A stretch of DNA of 64,000 nucleotides, taken from Candidatus Latescibacterota bacterium. Lineage in GTDB: Bacteria; Latescibacterota; UBA2968; UBA8231. A program made the position numbers and the translations under genes. The notes under the pieces are model-generated. The model did not search any database. It was given only the letters and a program-made list of their open reading frames with translations, and was not told where the DNA came from. Where the stretch lies: contig CBDAOB010000004.1 in the NCBI GenBank assembly GCA_965197905.1, forward strand, positions 1,888,001-1,952,000. Reading direction: 5' to 3'. Positions 49,998-60,203 of the stretch are shown here, piece after piece. Every line of letters starts with the position of its first letter. The first letter of the stretch is position 1.

Positions 49998-50064
49998 CAG
50001 CGCCGCCTATTCGCGTCCAGTCCAAGGCGGACGCGGATCTTTCAAACACCAGCTCACACCCGAA

Positions 50065-51294
50065 ATGAACTTTGTTCGTGGTTTTTCCCTTACGGCTGTA
50101 TCCACCGCCCTGGTGTTCGTTCTTGGCTTCGCCAACCAGGTGCTGCTGGCCGACTACCTTGGCAGGGAGGCGTACGGACGTTTGGCGCTGTGGCTCAATA
50201 CGGTCGTCATAGGGGGCATGATTTTCGGCGAATGGCTGAGTCGCGGCAACACCTATGTCGTCGGCAAGACGAATTCCAGGCACGAGCCGCTGCACAACTC
50301 GGTGCTCTACGCCGCCTTGTTGGGGCTTGCGTTGCTGCCAATGGTATTCCTTCAACCGTGGTTCGACCGTGGTGTGGCGCTGCTGCTGGCTGCACTTGTG
50401 GCGATGACCGTGCTGCAGAAGGCGGGACAGGCTATAGCGTTGGGGGAAGACCGGCTCAAGCTGTACTCCGTCGTTCCCCTGGTGTTTATCGCGGCCTATC
50501 TGGCCGGCAACGTTGTCGTGTACCTGTTGGCGTTAGGTCTCAACGAGGTCCTCTACTCCTGGTTTACCGCTACCCTGGTGGCAGCGGCGCTGGTGATCGT
50601 TTTCCTGTGGCCCGGATCGCGCGGCTGGCGATTGGATGCCAGCAGCTTCCGGCGGACCTTCGAGGTGGGGTTGCGGGGGGCCTCCTCTGTAACCTTGATC
50701 TTTTTGATGTTTCGCAGCGATCTGTATCTCGTCGAGTGGTTCATGGGGGAGGCGGCGCTCGGCGTCTACAAGGTCTCTACCAATTTCGCCGAGATGATGC
50801 AGCGCTTGCCCAACGTTGCCGGCCTGGTCCTGTTGCCGAAAGTAATACGCGGGGAGGACGAGAACACCCGGATAACCCTTCAGGTGGCGCGGGGGACGCT
50901 GCTCTTTTCCCTTGGCGCCGCAGCCGGTCTGCTGTTCTTTGGCGATCGGCTTATCGCCTACACCTTTCCCAAATACGAGGACGCCTTCGCGCCGTTGATG
51001 TGGATGCTTCCGGGTCTTCTCCTGGCGGGTTTTGGTTCGGTGCTCAACACCAAGCTTGCCGGCCGCGGGTACCCGCCGGTGACGATCGCTGTTCCCGCGG
51101 TCGCATTGGTTTTAAACGTCGTTCTGAACATGGCGCTGATACCACGCATGGGGTTGGAGGGAGCGGCTATCTCCACCTCTATTGCATACGGAGTGTGGTC
51201 GCTGTCGATGACGGTCTTCTTCCTGCGCTACTCCGGGCTCGGCCTGGGCGCCTTCTTGCGCCGCGCCCAGGCCGACGGTACTATTCATAAATAG
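50065..51294 (+). CDS. Wzx-like oligosaccharide flippase
   Basis: Polytopic; LG.EAYG, RSDLYLV...G...LGVY, LNMALIPRMGLEGAAISTSIAY. Confidence 0.85.
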   Translation: MNFVRGFSLTAVSTALVFVLGFANQVLLADYLGREAYGRLALWLNTVVIGGMIFGEWLSRGNTYVVGKTNSRHEPLHNSVLYAALLGLALLPMVFLQPWFDRGVALLLAALVAMTVLQKAGQAIALGEDRLKLYSVVPLVFIAAYLAGNVVVYLLALGLNEVLYSWFTATLVAAALVIVFLWPGSRGWRLDASSFRRTFEVGLRGASSVTLIFLMFRSDLYLVEWFMGEAALGVYKVSTNFAEMMQRLPNVAGLVLLPKVIRGEDENTRITLQVARGTLLFSLGAAAGLLFFGDRLIAYTFPKYEDAFAPLMWMLPGLLLAGFGSVLNTKLAGRGYPPVTIAVPAVALVLNVVLNMALIPRMGLEGAAISTSIAYGVWSLSMTVFFLRYSGLGLGAFLRRAQADGTIHK

Positions 51295-51387
51295 CCACTC
51301 GAGATTAATCGACAACCTTCCGAGGTGAATTGAAACTCCCCGCTACGCTACCCGCCTGGCTCGCGCGGTCAGCGCCTACGACGGACC

Positions 51388-52824
51388 ATGACCGCAGCTG
51401 ACCTCCGCCTCGGGCCCATCTGGCTGGACCGAAAATGGTTCGTCGGATTCTTGTGTCTGCAAGCCGGTTTGATCGTGGGTATCCTGCTGCTTCCCATCAT
51501 GTTCTTACAGGTAATTGGCGTCGGTGTGGGCGGTGGGATCCTGCTTAGTCTGCTGGTTCTGCATCCGTGGATCATCGTTCCCGCCATTGTCGCAACCACC
51601 GCACTCGACATCAGTGGCAAGATCATTGAAACGACGGCGTTGGGAATCCCGCTTACCGGATTCCATCTGGCCCTGGGGTTGATGATCGTCGGCTTGGGGG
51701 TCAACACTTTCCTGCGTCGTCGCACCCAGTTTCCTCCGTTCCAATTGGCGGTGCCGCTGTTTCTGCTGTTGGGAGTCATGGCGATATCGTTGACTTATTC
51801 TCCGAATCAACCCGAAGCGACGATCGGATTCATGCGGACGCTGGTGCTGACTTTGTTTCTCTATTTGACCATCGTCATGCTAGAAACCAAAACAGCAATC
51901 AACGCCGTGGTTGTCTCGATGGCGGTGGCGCTCATTGCCGGTTCGGTGCTGGGGGTGGTGCAGATCGTCACCGAAAGTTTCTTCCTTCCCGCCAGCTTCG
52001 TTATAGCCGTCGGTGCGAACGCGCCGCGAGCGACAGGTACCTTTCACAACCCCAATACCTTCGGCACTTTCCTCATGGTCGGCGTGGTGTTTCTCTTTGG
52101 TCTCCTGGTTAACTACCGCACCGGCTGGTGGAAGACGTTGCTGGTGCTGGTTTCCCTGTCGTTCGGAGTCACCGGATTGATAGTTACCTTCAGCCGCGCC
52201 AACTGGGTGGCCGCCCTGGTGGGTATCGTCGTGGCGCTGGCGTTGGCTAGGAAATTGCGCTATCTCTTTGCCGTCTCGGCGATCGGCGTCCTGGCGATTC
52301 TGGCAACGAAGGAGTTCGTGCCGTTCGCCGAGCACATCTTCTTACGCTTCGTATCGATTTTCACCATCTTCGAGCAATTTGGTTCGATGGGGCGCGAATC
52401 GAGTTCGGCGCGCATCTATTTTGTATTCGCCGCGTTCAAGATGTTCCTGGACCATCCGCTCCTCGGTGCCGGCTGGCGCGCGTTCCCGATCATATTCGAC
52501 GATTACAAATCCCCGGATTTCCCCTTTTGGGTGCCCACCAAAGAATCCCACACCCTATTTGCCAACATCCTGGCGGAATTGGGACTGGTCGGTCTGATTG
52601 CAGCAGGCTGGATCGTCTGGCGCACCCTCAGCCACGGTTTCGCGGCCCTAAAACGAATGCGCGACCCGTATTTGCGGGCGCTGGTAGCGGCCCTTTTGTC
52701 CGTCTTTCTGGCTTTTCAGGTTAGCCTTTCGCTCACCGCTGACTTCAGCAACAATTTTCTGTGGATGTTCACCGGCATGCTCTTCGCGGTAACCAGTCTC
52801 GACCAACGCACCGATCCGGCGTGA
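51388..52824 (+). CDS. O-antigen ligase/Wzy polymerase-family protein
   Basis: RATGTFHNPN.F, TFSRANW, SSARI, DHPLLGAG, H....ILAELGLVG. Confidence 0.87.
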   Translation: MTAADLRLGPIWLDRKWFVGFLCLQAGLIVGILLLPIMFLQVIGVGVGGGILLSLLVLHPWIIVPAIVATTALDISGKIIETTALGIPLTGFHLALGLMIVGLGVNTFLRRRTQFPPFQLAVPLFLLLGVMAISLTYSPNQPEATIGFMRTLVLTLFLYLTIVMLETKTAINAVVVSMAVALIAGSVLGVVQIVTESFFLPASFVIAVGANAPRATGTFHNPNTFGTFLMVGVVFLFGLLVNYRTGWWKTLLVLVSLSFGVTGLIVTFSRANWVAALVGIVVALALARKLRYLFAVSAIGVLAILATKEFVPFAEHIFLRFVSIFTIFEQFGSMGRESSSARIYFVFAAFKMFLDHPLLGAGWRAFPIIFDDYKSPDFPFWVPTKESHTLFANILAELGLVGLIAAGWIVWRTLSHGFAALKRMRDPYLRALVAALLSVFLAFQVSLSLTADFSNNFLWMFTGMLFAVTSLDQRTDPA

Positions 52825-53972
52825 AGCTGTTAGTCACCTCGCACCTCTACCCAAGCCTCCTTTCCTATACCGGAGGCAGTTTTGTTCAGAACCAGGTTCG
52901 CTTTCTAAGAGAGTACTGCGACATCCAGGTCGTTGTGCCGACCCCCTGGTTTCCCTTGCCTTTTTTTCCGCGGTGGAGTGCGCACAGAAAGCTGCCACAA
53001 CGCGAACAGGTCGATGGCATCGAAGTGCTGCGACCGCGGTACGTCACCTTGCCGCGACGAATCTTATTTTCAGGGGTTTGGCGTTCCTACCTCGCCGCCA
53101 TGGAAGCGTCGGCTGAGATCGGTGCCGATCTGGTGCACGCACACTGCGCCTACCCGGACGGTTACGCCGCCATCGAATATGGGCGCCGACATCAGGTCCC
53201 CGTGGTGATCACCGTCCACGGCCACGACATCAAGGTGTTGCCTGAGGCCAACCCACAATGGCGGCAGCAGATCGCTCAGGCCTTGGAGGATGCGTCAGCC
53301 GTTATCGCCGTCAGCGAGGATCTGGCATCGAGGGTACGGGACCTGGGAGTTTCCCCCGGTAAGATTCACACCATTCCCAACGGTGTGGACTGCGACCTGT
53401 TTGAGCCCGATCTGTCGCGCGCCCCGGGAACCGAGGGCTGGCACCTCCTCTACGTTGGGCGGTTCGATCCCGCCAAGGGGATTGGCATTCTTCTCGAGGC
53501 GTTTGCGGGGGTGGTGCGCAAGATTCCCGAATGCCGATTGACACTCGTTGGCGGCAACGAGGCCACGGGATCGGAGGATCGCTTTAAGGGTCAGATGGAG
53601 GCGCTCGAGCTCGATCACCGCGTCAGCTGGCATCGAGAGGTCCAATGGGATCAGATTCCCGTCTACATGCGGCGTGCCGACCTCTTCGTGCTGCCAAGTT
53701 TTTCCGAGGGGTTGCCGTTGTCGCTCATCGAATCGATGGCGTGCGGGTTGCCTATCGTCGCAACCCGATGTGGCGGACCTGAGGAAGCGGTGGACGACTC
53801 GGTGGGTCGGTTGGTGGCGGTGGGAGATGTCGAAGGACTGGAGTCGGCGATTTTACATGTTGTCCGCAACTACGATAAGTTCGACCGGGCGGCGATCCGA
53901 ACCCGGGCACAGCGATTATACGATTACCGCAACATCGCCCGTCGCATCAACGATCTCTACAGATCGTTGTGA
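52821..53972 (+). CDS. GT4-family glycosyltransferase
   Basis: VHAH...PDG, TVHG.D, IPNGVD, PSFSEGLP..LIESMACG; GTG at 52821. Confidence 0.92.
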   Translation: MKLLVTSHLYPSLLSYTGGSFVQNQVRFLREYCDIQVVVPTPWFPLPFFPRWSAHRKLPQREQVDGIEVLRPRYVTLPRRILFSGVWRSYLAAMEASAEIGADLVHAHCAYPDGYAAIEYGRRHQVPVVITVHGHDIKVLPEANPQWRQQIAQALEDASAVIAVSEDLASRVRDLGVSPGKIHTIPNGVDCDLFEPDLSRAPGTEGWHLLYVGRFDPAKGIGILLEAFAGVVRKIPECRLTLVGGNEATGSEDRFKGQMEALELDHRVSWHREVQWDQIPVYMRRADLFVLPSFSEGLPLSLIESMACGLPIVATRCGGPEEAVDDSVGRLVAVGDVEGLESAILHVVRNYDKFDRAAIRTRAQRLYDYRNIARRINDLYRSL

Positions 53973-53975
53973 ACA

Positions 53976-55121
53976 TCAGCTGCTGCCAGAAGTCAGCAGC
54001 GACCTGTAGAAGTCCACGAGGGCAGGGCTCTGGCAATCCCAATTGTACTTGTTAAGGACCATTTGCCGACCTCTTGACCCCATCCGTTTTCGTTCAACCG
54101 GATCACCGAGTAGTCGTTTGACGGCTTCGAGAACAGCTGTGGGGGACAACGGGTCGACGGCGACCCCACATTCTGCTTCATCGATAATCTGTTTCCACAG
54201 CGGGAAGTCCGATACCACGACTGCTTTCCCCATCATCATATACTCGAACATCTTCGTTGGCAGCGAACGCAGATAGTTGGGGTCGGGGTGTAGCAGGGCC
54301 AATCCGACGTCGGCGGCGAGAATGCGGCGGTGCACCTCGTCGTGCGACACCGGGCCAGTGAAGTCTACATTCTCTTCGATGCCGTATCGATGCACCAGGT
54401 CACGTGCCTGCCGCTCTTCCTGTTGTGAACCGACGGGTCCCACCAGGTGGAGAGATATATCCGGCTGCTCCGGTTTCAGATTGCGCACCAGGGTGAGCAT
54501 GTCGAACAAGCCCCGTAAAGCGGTTAGACTGCCGATATAGACCAACACCGGACCTTTGCCGTTTTCGACGACAGCGGGGCGGTAATAGTCGGCGTAGGCC
54601 AACAGCGGGTAATTCAGCACGACCAGTGACTTCTTTGCGCCGTAGTAGCGCGCGTAGGCGTGATCCGCCAGGGTGACGGCGTCGAAAAATCGCAGGGCAA
54701 TCAACTCTATGGCGCGATACAGCCATGCCATGCAGGCTCTCAGGGGAAGCGGAATCCACTTCTTGCTGCGTATCGATTCCGGCACGTCTTCGTGTACGTC
54801 GTATACCAGAATCGAACCGGTGAGCATCTTGAGAATCAGACAGACGGGGATCAGTTCCGGATCATGAAAGATATATACATCAGCCTTTCGTCTCAGCGCC
54901 AGGCGCAAGACACGTGAGGTGGCCAGCATGCGCCGTCCCCTGTTTTTGGGAACGGGGAGCGGTATTACCTCGATGCCGCCGGCGTCACAGGTGGTTTGGT
55001 CCTCGAGTGCGACAACGCTAACCCGAAATCCTGCGTTGGCGAGAGTGCGTGCTTCTGCCTGGAACATGCGAACGTCAAAGGTGAAATGCACGGAGCTGAG
55101 TATGCAAATGTGCTCAGGCAT
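53976..55121 (-). CDS. GT4-family glycosyltransferase
   Basis: SSVH...DVR.F, HDPEL, YDVHED, PTKMFEYM..G..VVVSD. Confidence 0.9.
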   Translation of the reverse strand: MPEHICILSSVHFTFDVRMFQAEARTLANAGFRVSVVALEDQTTCDAGGIEVIPLPVPKNRGRRMLATSRVLRLALRRKADVYIFHDPELIPVCLILKMLTGSILVYDVHEDVPESIRSKKWIPLPLRACMAWLYRAIELIALRFFDAVTLADHAYARYYGAKKSLVVLNYPLLAYADYYRPAVVENGKGPVLVYIGSLTALRGLFDMLTLVRNLKPEQPDISLHLVGPVGSQQEERQARDLVHRYGIEENVDFTGPVSHDEVHRRILAADVGLALLHPDPNYLRSLPTKMFEYMMMGKAVVVSDFPLWKQIIDEAECGVAVDPLSPTAVLEAVKRLLGDPVERKRMGSRGRQMVLNKYNWDCQSPALVDFYRSLLTSGSS

Positions 55122-55217
55122 CGATCTCGTATGCAAAAACGCTAGGAAAAATCCGTGGTTGGTGGTGTGGGATTAGAGCGCTTGACGTGTGTAGCAATCC
55201 AATGGCGAGAGGCGTTC

Positions 55218-55246
55218 TTGACATCCGCAGAACCCTCTGTTATTGT
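55218..55246 (+). promoter_or_regulatory. Sigma70 promoter
   Basis: TTGACA, 17-bp spacer, TATTGT with extended -10 TGn. Confidence 0.7.
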
Positions 55247-55310
55247 GTCATTTTAGGCCCGATTCAATATAAGCTATGGTCGTCCTACTTGCCCGTAGCG
55301 AGAAAGCTAA

Positions 55311-57023
55311 GTGTCGATATTCCTCGGATTGTTTGACGGGCACAACGCCTCGGCGTCGGTCCTCTGCGACGGTCGAATAGAGAAGGCATTTCAGGAAGAA
55401 CGCCTCAGCCGCACCAAGAATCACTTCGGCCCCCCCGTCCAAGCCACCCAAGAAATCCTTGCGCTTCTCGGCGCCATGCCCGCCGATGTAGACAAGGTTT
55501 GCCTCGTGTCACGCTACATCCCGGCTCCACGACATCCGCGCTCGATCAAAGACCTGTTCGACGAGCGTTACAGAAACGGTGTTCGTCAGCGGTTGGTACG
55601 GACCTGTGCGAATATCAACTTCTACAGAACGCTGCGAAGTCGGCAACGCATGCAACAGCGCCGGGAGGTGGTCGCTGAATGGGGCTTCGATCCAAATCGG
55701 ATCGAGTTTTGCGATCACCACCAAGCCCACGCGGCCAGCGCCTACTATGGACTGCGGAAAGACGATCAACCCTATCTGATTTTGACCCTGGATGGCGGAG
55801 GTGACGGTCTATCCGGATCGGTTTGGGTGGGAAACAAAGGTGCGCTGGCGCCGGTGGCAACCATCCCACAAGCCGACAGTCTGGGAGAGATATACGCCGC
55901 AACGACCCACTATCTTGGGTTTATGCCCCTTGAGCACGAATACAAACTCATGGGTATGGCTCCCTACGGCGCCGACGGATACGCCCAAGATGTTGCGCGC
56001 CTGTACGGAAACTACGTAGATCTCGACGGTCGAGATCCGCTCCGCTTCGCCCGCAAGGTGCCCGAGCCCCTATCGCGCATCGGGCCTCGACTACAGAACG
56101 ATCTGCGGCGCGTCCGCTTCGACAACATCTGTTCGGGGTTGCAGTTGTTCACCGAAAGCCTGATTAAACGCTGGGTCCAAGCGTGCGTCGAAAAGACCGA
56201 CGTATCTCGGGTTCTCGCCGCCGGCGGCGTGTTTATGAACGTTAAGGCGAACAAGGTGATTGGCGAGCTGGACTGCATCGAGTATTTCGAAGCACTACCG
56301 TCCTGCGGAGACGAGACACTACCCTTCGGCGGGTGTTATCTGGTTTCGGAGGCCGCCGGTCAAGAGACTCAGCCCTTGGACCACTGTTACCTGGGCAACG
56401 ATCTGGCGTTGGAGGAGTGCCGGGCAGCGTTAGCACCGTTAGACCAGGTGGCGGTGGAAGAGCCGAAAGATCTGGAGTTGCGCACCGCCCAACTTCTGGC
56501 TTCCGGCAAGATTGTCGCGCGCGCCGCAGGTCCGATGGAGTTTGGAGCGCGGGCACTCGGGAACCGATCCATCCTCGCCGATCCGATCAACCAGGACGTG
56601 GTGCGGATCATCAACAGAATGATCAAGAACCGGGATTTTTGGATGCCCTTTGCCCCTGTGGTTTGCAGCGACAAAGCATCTCTCTATTTCGACAATCCGA
56701 AACAGCTGCCATCGCCGTACATGATGAACACCTTTGGCTCATCCAGCCGGCGTGGCGAGTTCATGGCGGCCGTACACAATGCCGATCTCACGGCGCGCCC
56801 ACAGCTGCTGCAGCCCGGCCAGAACGATCGGTACGAGGCGGTGCTGAAGCACTTCGGAGATCTCACCGACCGACACGTGCTGCTCAATACCTCCTTCAAC
56901 CTGCACGGCGAACCGATTGTCTGCACCGCCAAAGACGCGGTCCACGTTTTCGCGAACTCGGGCTTGGACCACATGATATTGGGTCCTCTGCTGGTTTCGA
57001 AGCAACGCAATACCCAATGCTAG
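55311..57023 (+). CDS. Carbamoyltransferase (NodU/CmcH family)
   Basis: QEERLSR.K, HHQAHAASAY, LDGGGD, EYKLMGMAPYG, EFGARALGNRSILA, PFAP, LNTSFN.HGEP. Confidence 0.93.
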   Translation: MSIFLGLFDGHNASASVLCDGRIEKAFQEERLSRTKNHFGPPVQATQEILALLGAMPADVDKVCLVSRYIPAPRHPRSIKDLFDERYRNGVRQRLVRTCANINFYRTLRSRQRMQQRREVVAEWGFDPNRIEFCDHHQAHAASAYYGLRKDDQPYLILTLDGGGDGLSGSVWVGNKGALAPVATIPQADSLGEIYAATTHYLGFMPLEHEYKLMGMAPYGADGYAQDVARLYGNYVDLDGRDPLRFARKVPEPLSRIGPRLQNDLRRVRFDNICSGLQLFTESLIKRWVQACVEKTDVSRVLAAGGVFMNVKANKVIGELDCIEYFEALPSCGDETLPFGGCYLVSEAAGQETQPLDHCYLGNDLALEECRAALAPLDQVAVEEPKDLELRTAQLLASGKIVARAAGPMEFGARALGNRSILADPINQDVVRIINRMIKNRDFWMPFAPVVCSDKASLYFDNPKQLPSPYMMNTFGSSSRRGEFMAAVHNADLTARPQLLQPGQNDRYEAVLKHFGDLTDRHVLLNTSFNLHGEPIVCTAKDAVHVFANSGLDHMILGPLLVSKQRNTQC

Positions 57024-58162
57024 CGGCAATTCTGGCAGCGGCGGCGATTCTTATTTTTTACACCTACCTGCTTTATCCCGCCCTGTTGTGGTTACTTACG
57101 TTCTGGCGCAAGACGGCGACCCTCGACGACGCTGCGGAGCTACCCAGGGTTTCACTGGTACTTGCTGCGTATAACGAAATAGCTGTCATCGCCGCCAAGC
57201 TGGAAAATGCTCTCGGTCTCGCGTTTCCAGCGAAAAATCTCGAGATCATCGCCGTGTCTGACTGTTCGGAGGATGGCACCGATGAAGCTATCCTCGCTTT
57301 TCGCGATCGCGGCGTACTTTTCCATCGCATGGAACGGCAAGGCGGCAAAACTCTAGCCCAGAACGCGGCAGCGAAATTGGCTACAGGCGAGATTCTCGTG
57401 TTTTCGGACGCCAACAGCATCTTTGCTAGCGACGCACTCACGCACCTTCTGCGTCCTTTCGCCGACTCGAGGGTAGGGGCGGTATGTGGTGAACTACGAT
57501 ACCGCAACCCGGGCGATGAAGGTGCGGGGAAAGGTGAGGGCCTCTACTGGCGTTACGAGCGGTTTCTCAAGCGACGGGAGAGCCTCTTGAGCTCGACCCT
57601 CGGGGCCAATGGGGGCATTTATGCCGTCAGACGGGCGCTTTTCGACGAGCTGGATCAGGAGATTATCAGCGACTTCATAATGCCGGTTCGCGTATGGCGA
57701 AAAGGGTTCCGGGTGGTGTACGCACCCGAGGCGGTGGCGGTGGAAACCACCGGCGCCACCTTCCGAGACGAATTTCGCCGACGTCGCCGCATCATCGCGC
57801 GCAGTTGGTACGGCTTGTGGAGCGAGTCGGGGGTTCTGAATCCGCTGCGGCACGGATACTTCGCGTGGCAGATGTTCTCACATAAGGTGATGCGATGGCT
57901 GGTCCCCGTGTTCATGACACTTGCCTTCGTCACCAATCTGCTCCTGCTCGAGCATTCGTTTTTCCTATACCTGCTGTATGCTCAGATCGCGTTCTATGGA
58001 ATGGCGGTGGTCGGCTGCATCGACACTCGATTTCTCGGCCGCACCTTTCCCTTCTATGTGCCTGCCTACTTCTGCGCCACCAACCTGGGCGCGCTCTTCG
58101 GATTGTGGAGCTTTCTTTCTGGTCGGCGAATCTCCACTTGGAAACCGGTAGAACGCCGGTGA
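57017..58162 (+). CDS. GT2 glycosyltransferase (CESA-like, TM anchored)
   Basis: AAYNE, VSDCSEDGT, FSDAN, EGLYWRYE, SDF, RRRRII, FSHKVMRW; ATG at 57017. Confidence 0.9.
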   Translation: MLAAILAAAAILIFYTYLLYPALLWLLTFWRKTATLDDAAELPRVSLVLAAYNEIAVIAAKLENALGLAFPAKNLEIIAVSDCSEDGTDEAILAFRDRGVLFHRMERQGGKTLAQNAAAKLATGEILVFSDANSIFASDALTHLLRPFADSRVGAVCGELRYRNPGDEGAGKGEGLYWRYERFLKRRESLLSSTLGANGGIYAVRRALFDELDQEIISDFIMPVRVWRKGFRVVYAPEAVAVETTGATFRDEFRRRRRIIARSWYGLWSESGVLNPLRHGYFAWQMFSHKVMRWLVPVFMTLAFVTNLLLLEHSFFLYLLYAQIAFYGMAVVGCIDTRFLGRTFPFYVPAYFCATNLGALFGLWSFLSGRRISTWKPVERR

Positions 58163-58165
58163 GCT

Positions 58166-59626
58166 ATGAGTAAGGCCTACGAAAAAGCTCTGCTAATTCT
58201 CGCGGATTTTGCCGTCATCAACCTGGCTTCTGTCCTGTTTCTGTGGATGAAGCTCGCAGGCGGCCAGCTGGAGAACGTGGAGCGCAGCTGGCAACGTTTG
58301 CATCCTCATTCGGAGGAGTCTGTCAGCTTCTGGTATGCCCTGGACTATTATCTCTATCCTTTACTCGCCCTCTATCTATGCTGGCTTCTTCTGTTCGTTT
58401 TCTTCGGCTCCTACCGCAGTCAGGCACCCCAGTCCCGCTTCGACGAAGTACTCGAGCTTTTCAAGGTCGTAACCCTCGGGGTCCTACTTCTCTTTGTCGC
58501 GACGCTCGACCTCGCGCAACCCTTCCGCCTGACGCGAGCACTCATGTTTTCATACTGGTTCGCACTCTTCGCCTCGATCTCGGTAGCGCGGGTGGCGGTG
58601 CGCAGTTTCGAACGGCAGTTGCTGTTGCGTGGCATCGGCAGACGGAACACGGTAATCGTCGGTACTCAAGCCCGGGGCGAGCGCCTGCTACACGATTTGC
58701 GCAACTCTCCGGGCCAGGGTTTCCACGTCATCGGTTTCGTACCTATATCTCCGCAAGAACCGCGGTTCGTGCAAGAAGAGTTACCGGTTCTGGGACCGGT
58801 CAGCGAGCTGTCCCGGATTATCGCAGCGCACGCGGTCGACTCCGTATTGATCGCGCTGCAGTCCAATTCTCACGAAGAAATATTGGACATCGTCGATGCT
58901 TCCGGCGGCCAGCCTGTTTCGTTCAGCATCACGCCGGATCTCTACGACATCGTCACCGGACATGTGCGTACCAATCAGATCCACGGAGTCCCGCTTATGG
59001 AGTTGCGTCCCGAGCTAATGCCAGCTTGGGAGCAGACGGTGAAACGAACCATTGACGCCGCCGTGGCGATCTTGATCGGACTCGGACTTGCACCTCTGTG
59101 GATTCTGGTAGCCCTAGCCATTCTGGTCGACTCCAAGGGACCGGTGTTGTTTCGCCAGAATCGCATCGGTAGAGACGGCCGGGCCTTTACCATTTATAAG
59201 TTTCGATCGATGCATGTCGACGCCGAAGAGAGGACCGGGCCGGTTTGGGTCAAGGGAGAGGATCCGCGCATTACCCGAATGGGGCGTGTACTCCGGGCGC
59301 TCCATCTGGACGAAGTTCCTCAGTGCATCAACTTCCTCAAAGGGGACATGAGCCTGGTCGGGCCCCGTCCGGAGCGCCCCTATTTCGTCGAGTTGTTCAG
59401 CGGGGAGATTCCGTTTTACATGCGGCGATTCAATGTCAAACCGGGGTTGTTGGGCTGGGCTCAGTCCAAACACGAGTTCGATATCAACTCCAGCGACGTG
59501 GTGGCCATCGCGCAAGAGCGATTGGAGTACGATCTCTACTACATCGAGAACATCTCCCTCAAGCTGGATCTGAAGATCATGTTGCGAACGGTCTGGTTTG
59601 TGCTCGCCGGCAAGAGCACGCGCTGA
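58166..59626 (+). CDS. Polyprenyl-phosphate sugar phosphotransferase (WcaJ/WbaP family priming enzyme)
   Basis: TM bundle + Rossmann-like domain + KRTID, FTIYKFRSM, DPRIT, LDEVPQ, GDMSLVGPRPERP, YDLYYIEN. Confidence 0.94.
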   Translation: MSKAYEKALLILADFAVINLASVLFLWMKLAGGQLENVERSWQRLHPHSEESVSFWYALDYYLYPLLALYLCWLLLFVFFGSYRSQAPQSRFDEVLELFKVVTLGVLLLFVATLDLAQPFRLTRALMFSYWFALFASISVARVAVRSFERQLLLRGIGRRNTVIVGTQARGERLLHDLRNSPGQGFHVIGFVPISPQEPRFVQEELPVLGPVSELSRIIAAHAVDSVLIALQSNSHEEILDIVDASGGQPVSFSITPDLYDIVTGHVRTNQIHGVPLMELRPELMPAWEQTVKRTIDAAVAILIGLGLAPLWILVALAILVDSKGPVLFRQNRIGRDGRAFTIYKFRSMHVDAEERTGPVWVKGEDPRITRMGRVLRALHLDEVPQCINFLKGDMSLVGPRPERPYFVELFSGEIPFYMRRFNVKPGLLGWAQSKHEFDINSSDVVAIAQERLEYDLYYIENISLKLDLKIMLRTVWFVLAGKSTR

Positions 59627-59663
59627 AAATCTCTCGCGTTGCGGCATCGGTACAGGAATCTCA

Positions 59664-59692
59664 TTGGCTATCGGAATACATATTCCTATAAT
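59664..59692 (+). promoter_or_regulatory. Putative sigma70 promoter with a palindromic operator in the spacer
   Basis: TTGGCT, 17-bp spacer, TATAAT; GGAATA-CA-TATTCC at 59673-59686. Confidence 0.55.
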
Positions 59693-59719
59693 TGATACGG
59701 AAGAAGGCAGTACTGCCCT

Positions 59720-60157
59720 ATGCGTTGCAACCACATCGCTCTCGACGCGGCCGACCCAGACCGCTACGAAGCCGACTTCACCGCATTCGGTCCCGACCTC
59801 AGCCTCAATTGGAACGGATTCGGCCTGAGGTCGTACTATTACACCTCTACGGAGGAGCTGAACAACGCGCCGGTGGACGAAATCGCGCGCGACGGCTTTA
59901 CCTTAGAGCCTTCCTTCACCCTGTCCCAGGACTCGGACAGATTTCAAGAAATTATGCTCCTGGGTCGCTACAGCGTCGCGGATGAAGAAGACATTGGCGG
60001 AAACACCTATCGACGGACGCAACTTGGGATTGGAGTGAATGCCAAGCTCACTTCCTCGTTCATCGCTCGATTGAGTTACATCGCCCAGGGAGAGGACGAC
60101 GACTTGAACGATCTGGACAACAACGCCTTGACCTTCAGCGTGACAAACGAATTCTAA
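59720..60157 (+). pseudogene. C-terminal fragment of an outer-membrane beta-barrel (porin-like) protein
   Basis: Alternating amphipathic strands (GPDLSLNW, GFTLEPSF, QLGIGVN, ALTFSVTNEF) ending in Phe; no signal peptide; in-frame TGA at 59693. Confidence 0.55.
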
Positions 60158-60203
60158 CGAACCTCTAGGTCATACCTCGTACACAAAAAGGAGGTTCGTC
60201 CAC

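Noticed and set aside
50190..51290. 366-aa alternate-frame ORF inside the flippase
   Set aside because: Arg/Gly-rich composition typical of off-frame GC-rich sequence
51322..51400. GAGGTG + TTG short ORF out of frame with the Wzy/ligase gene
   Set aside because: Could be another indel, but no conserved motif shows that the N-terminus is missing
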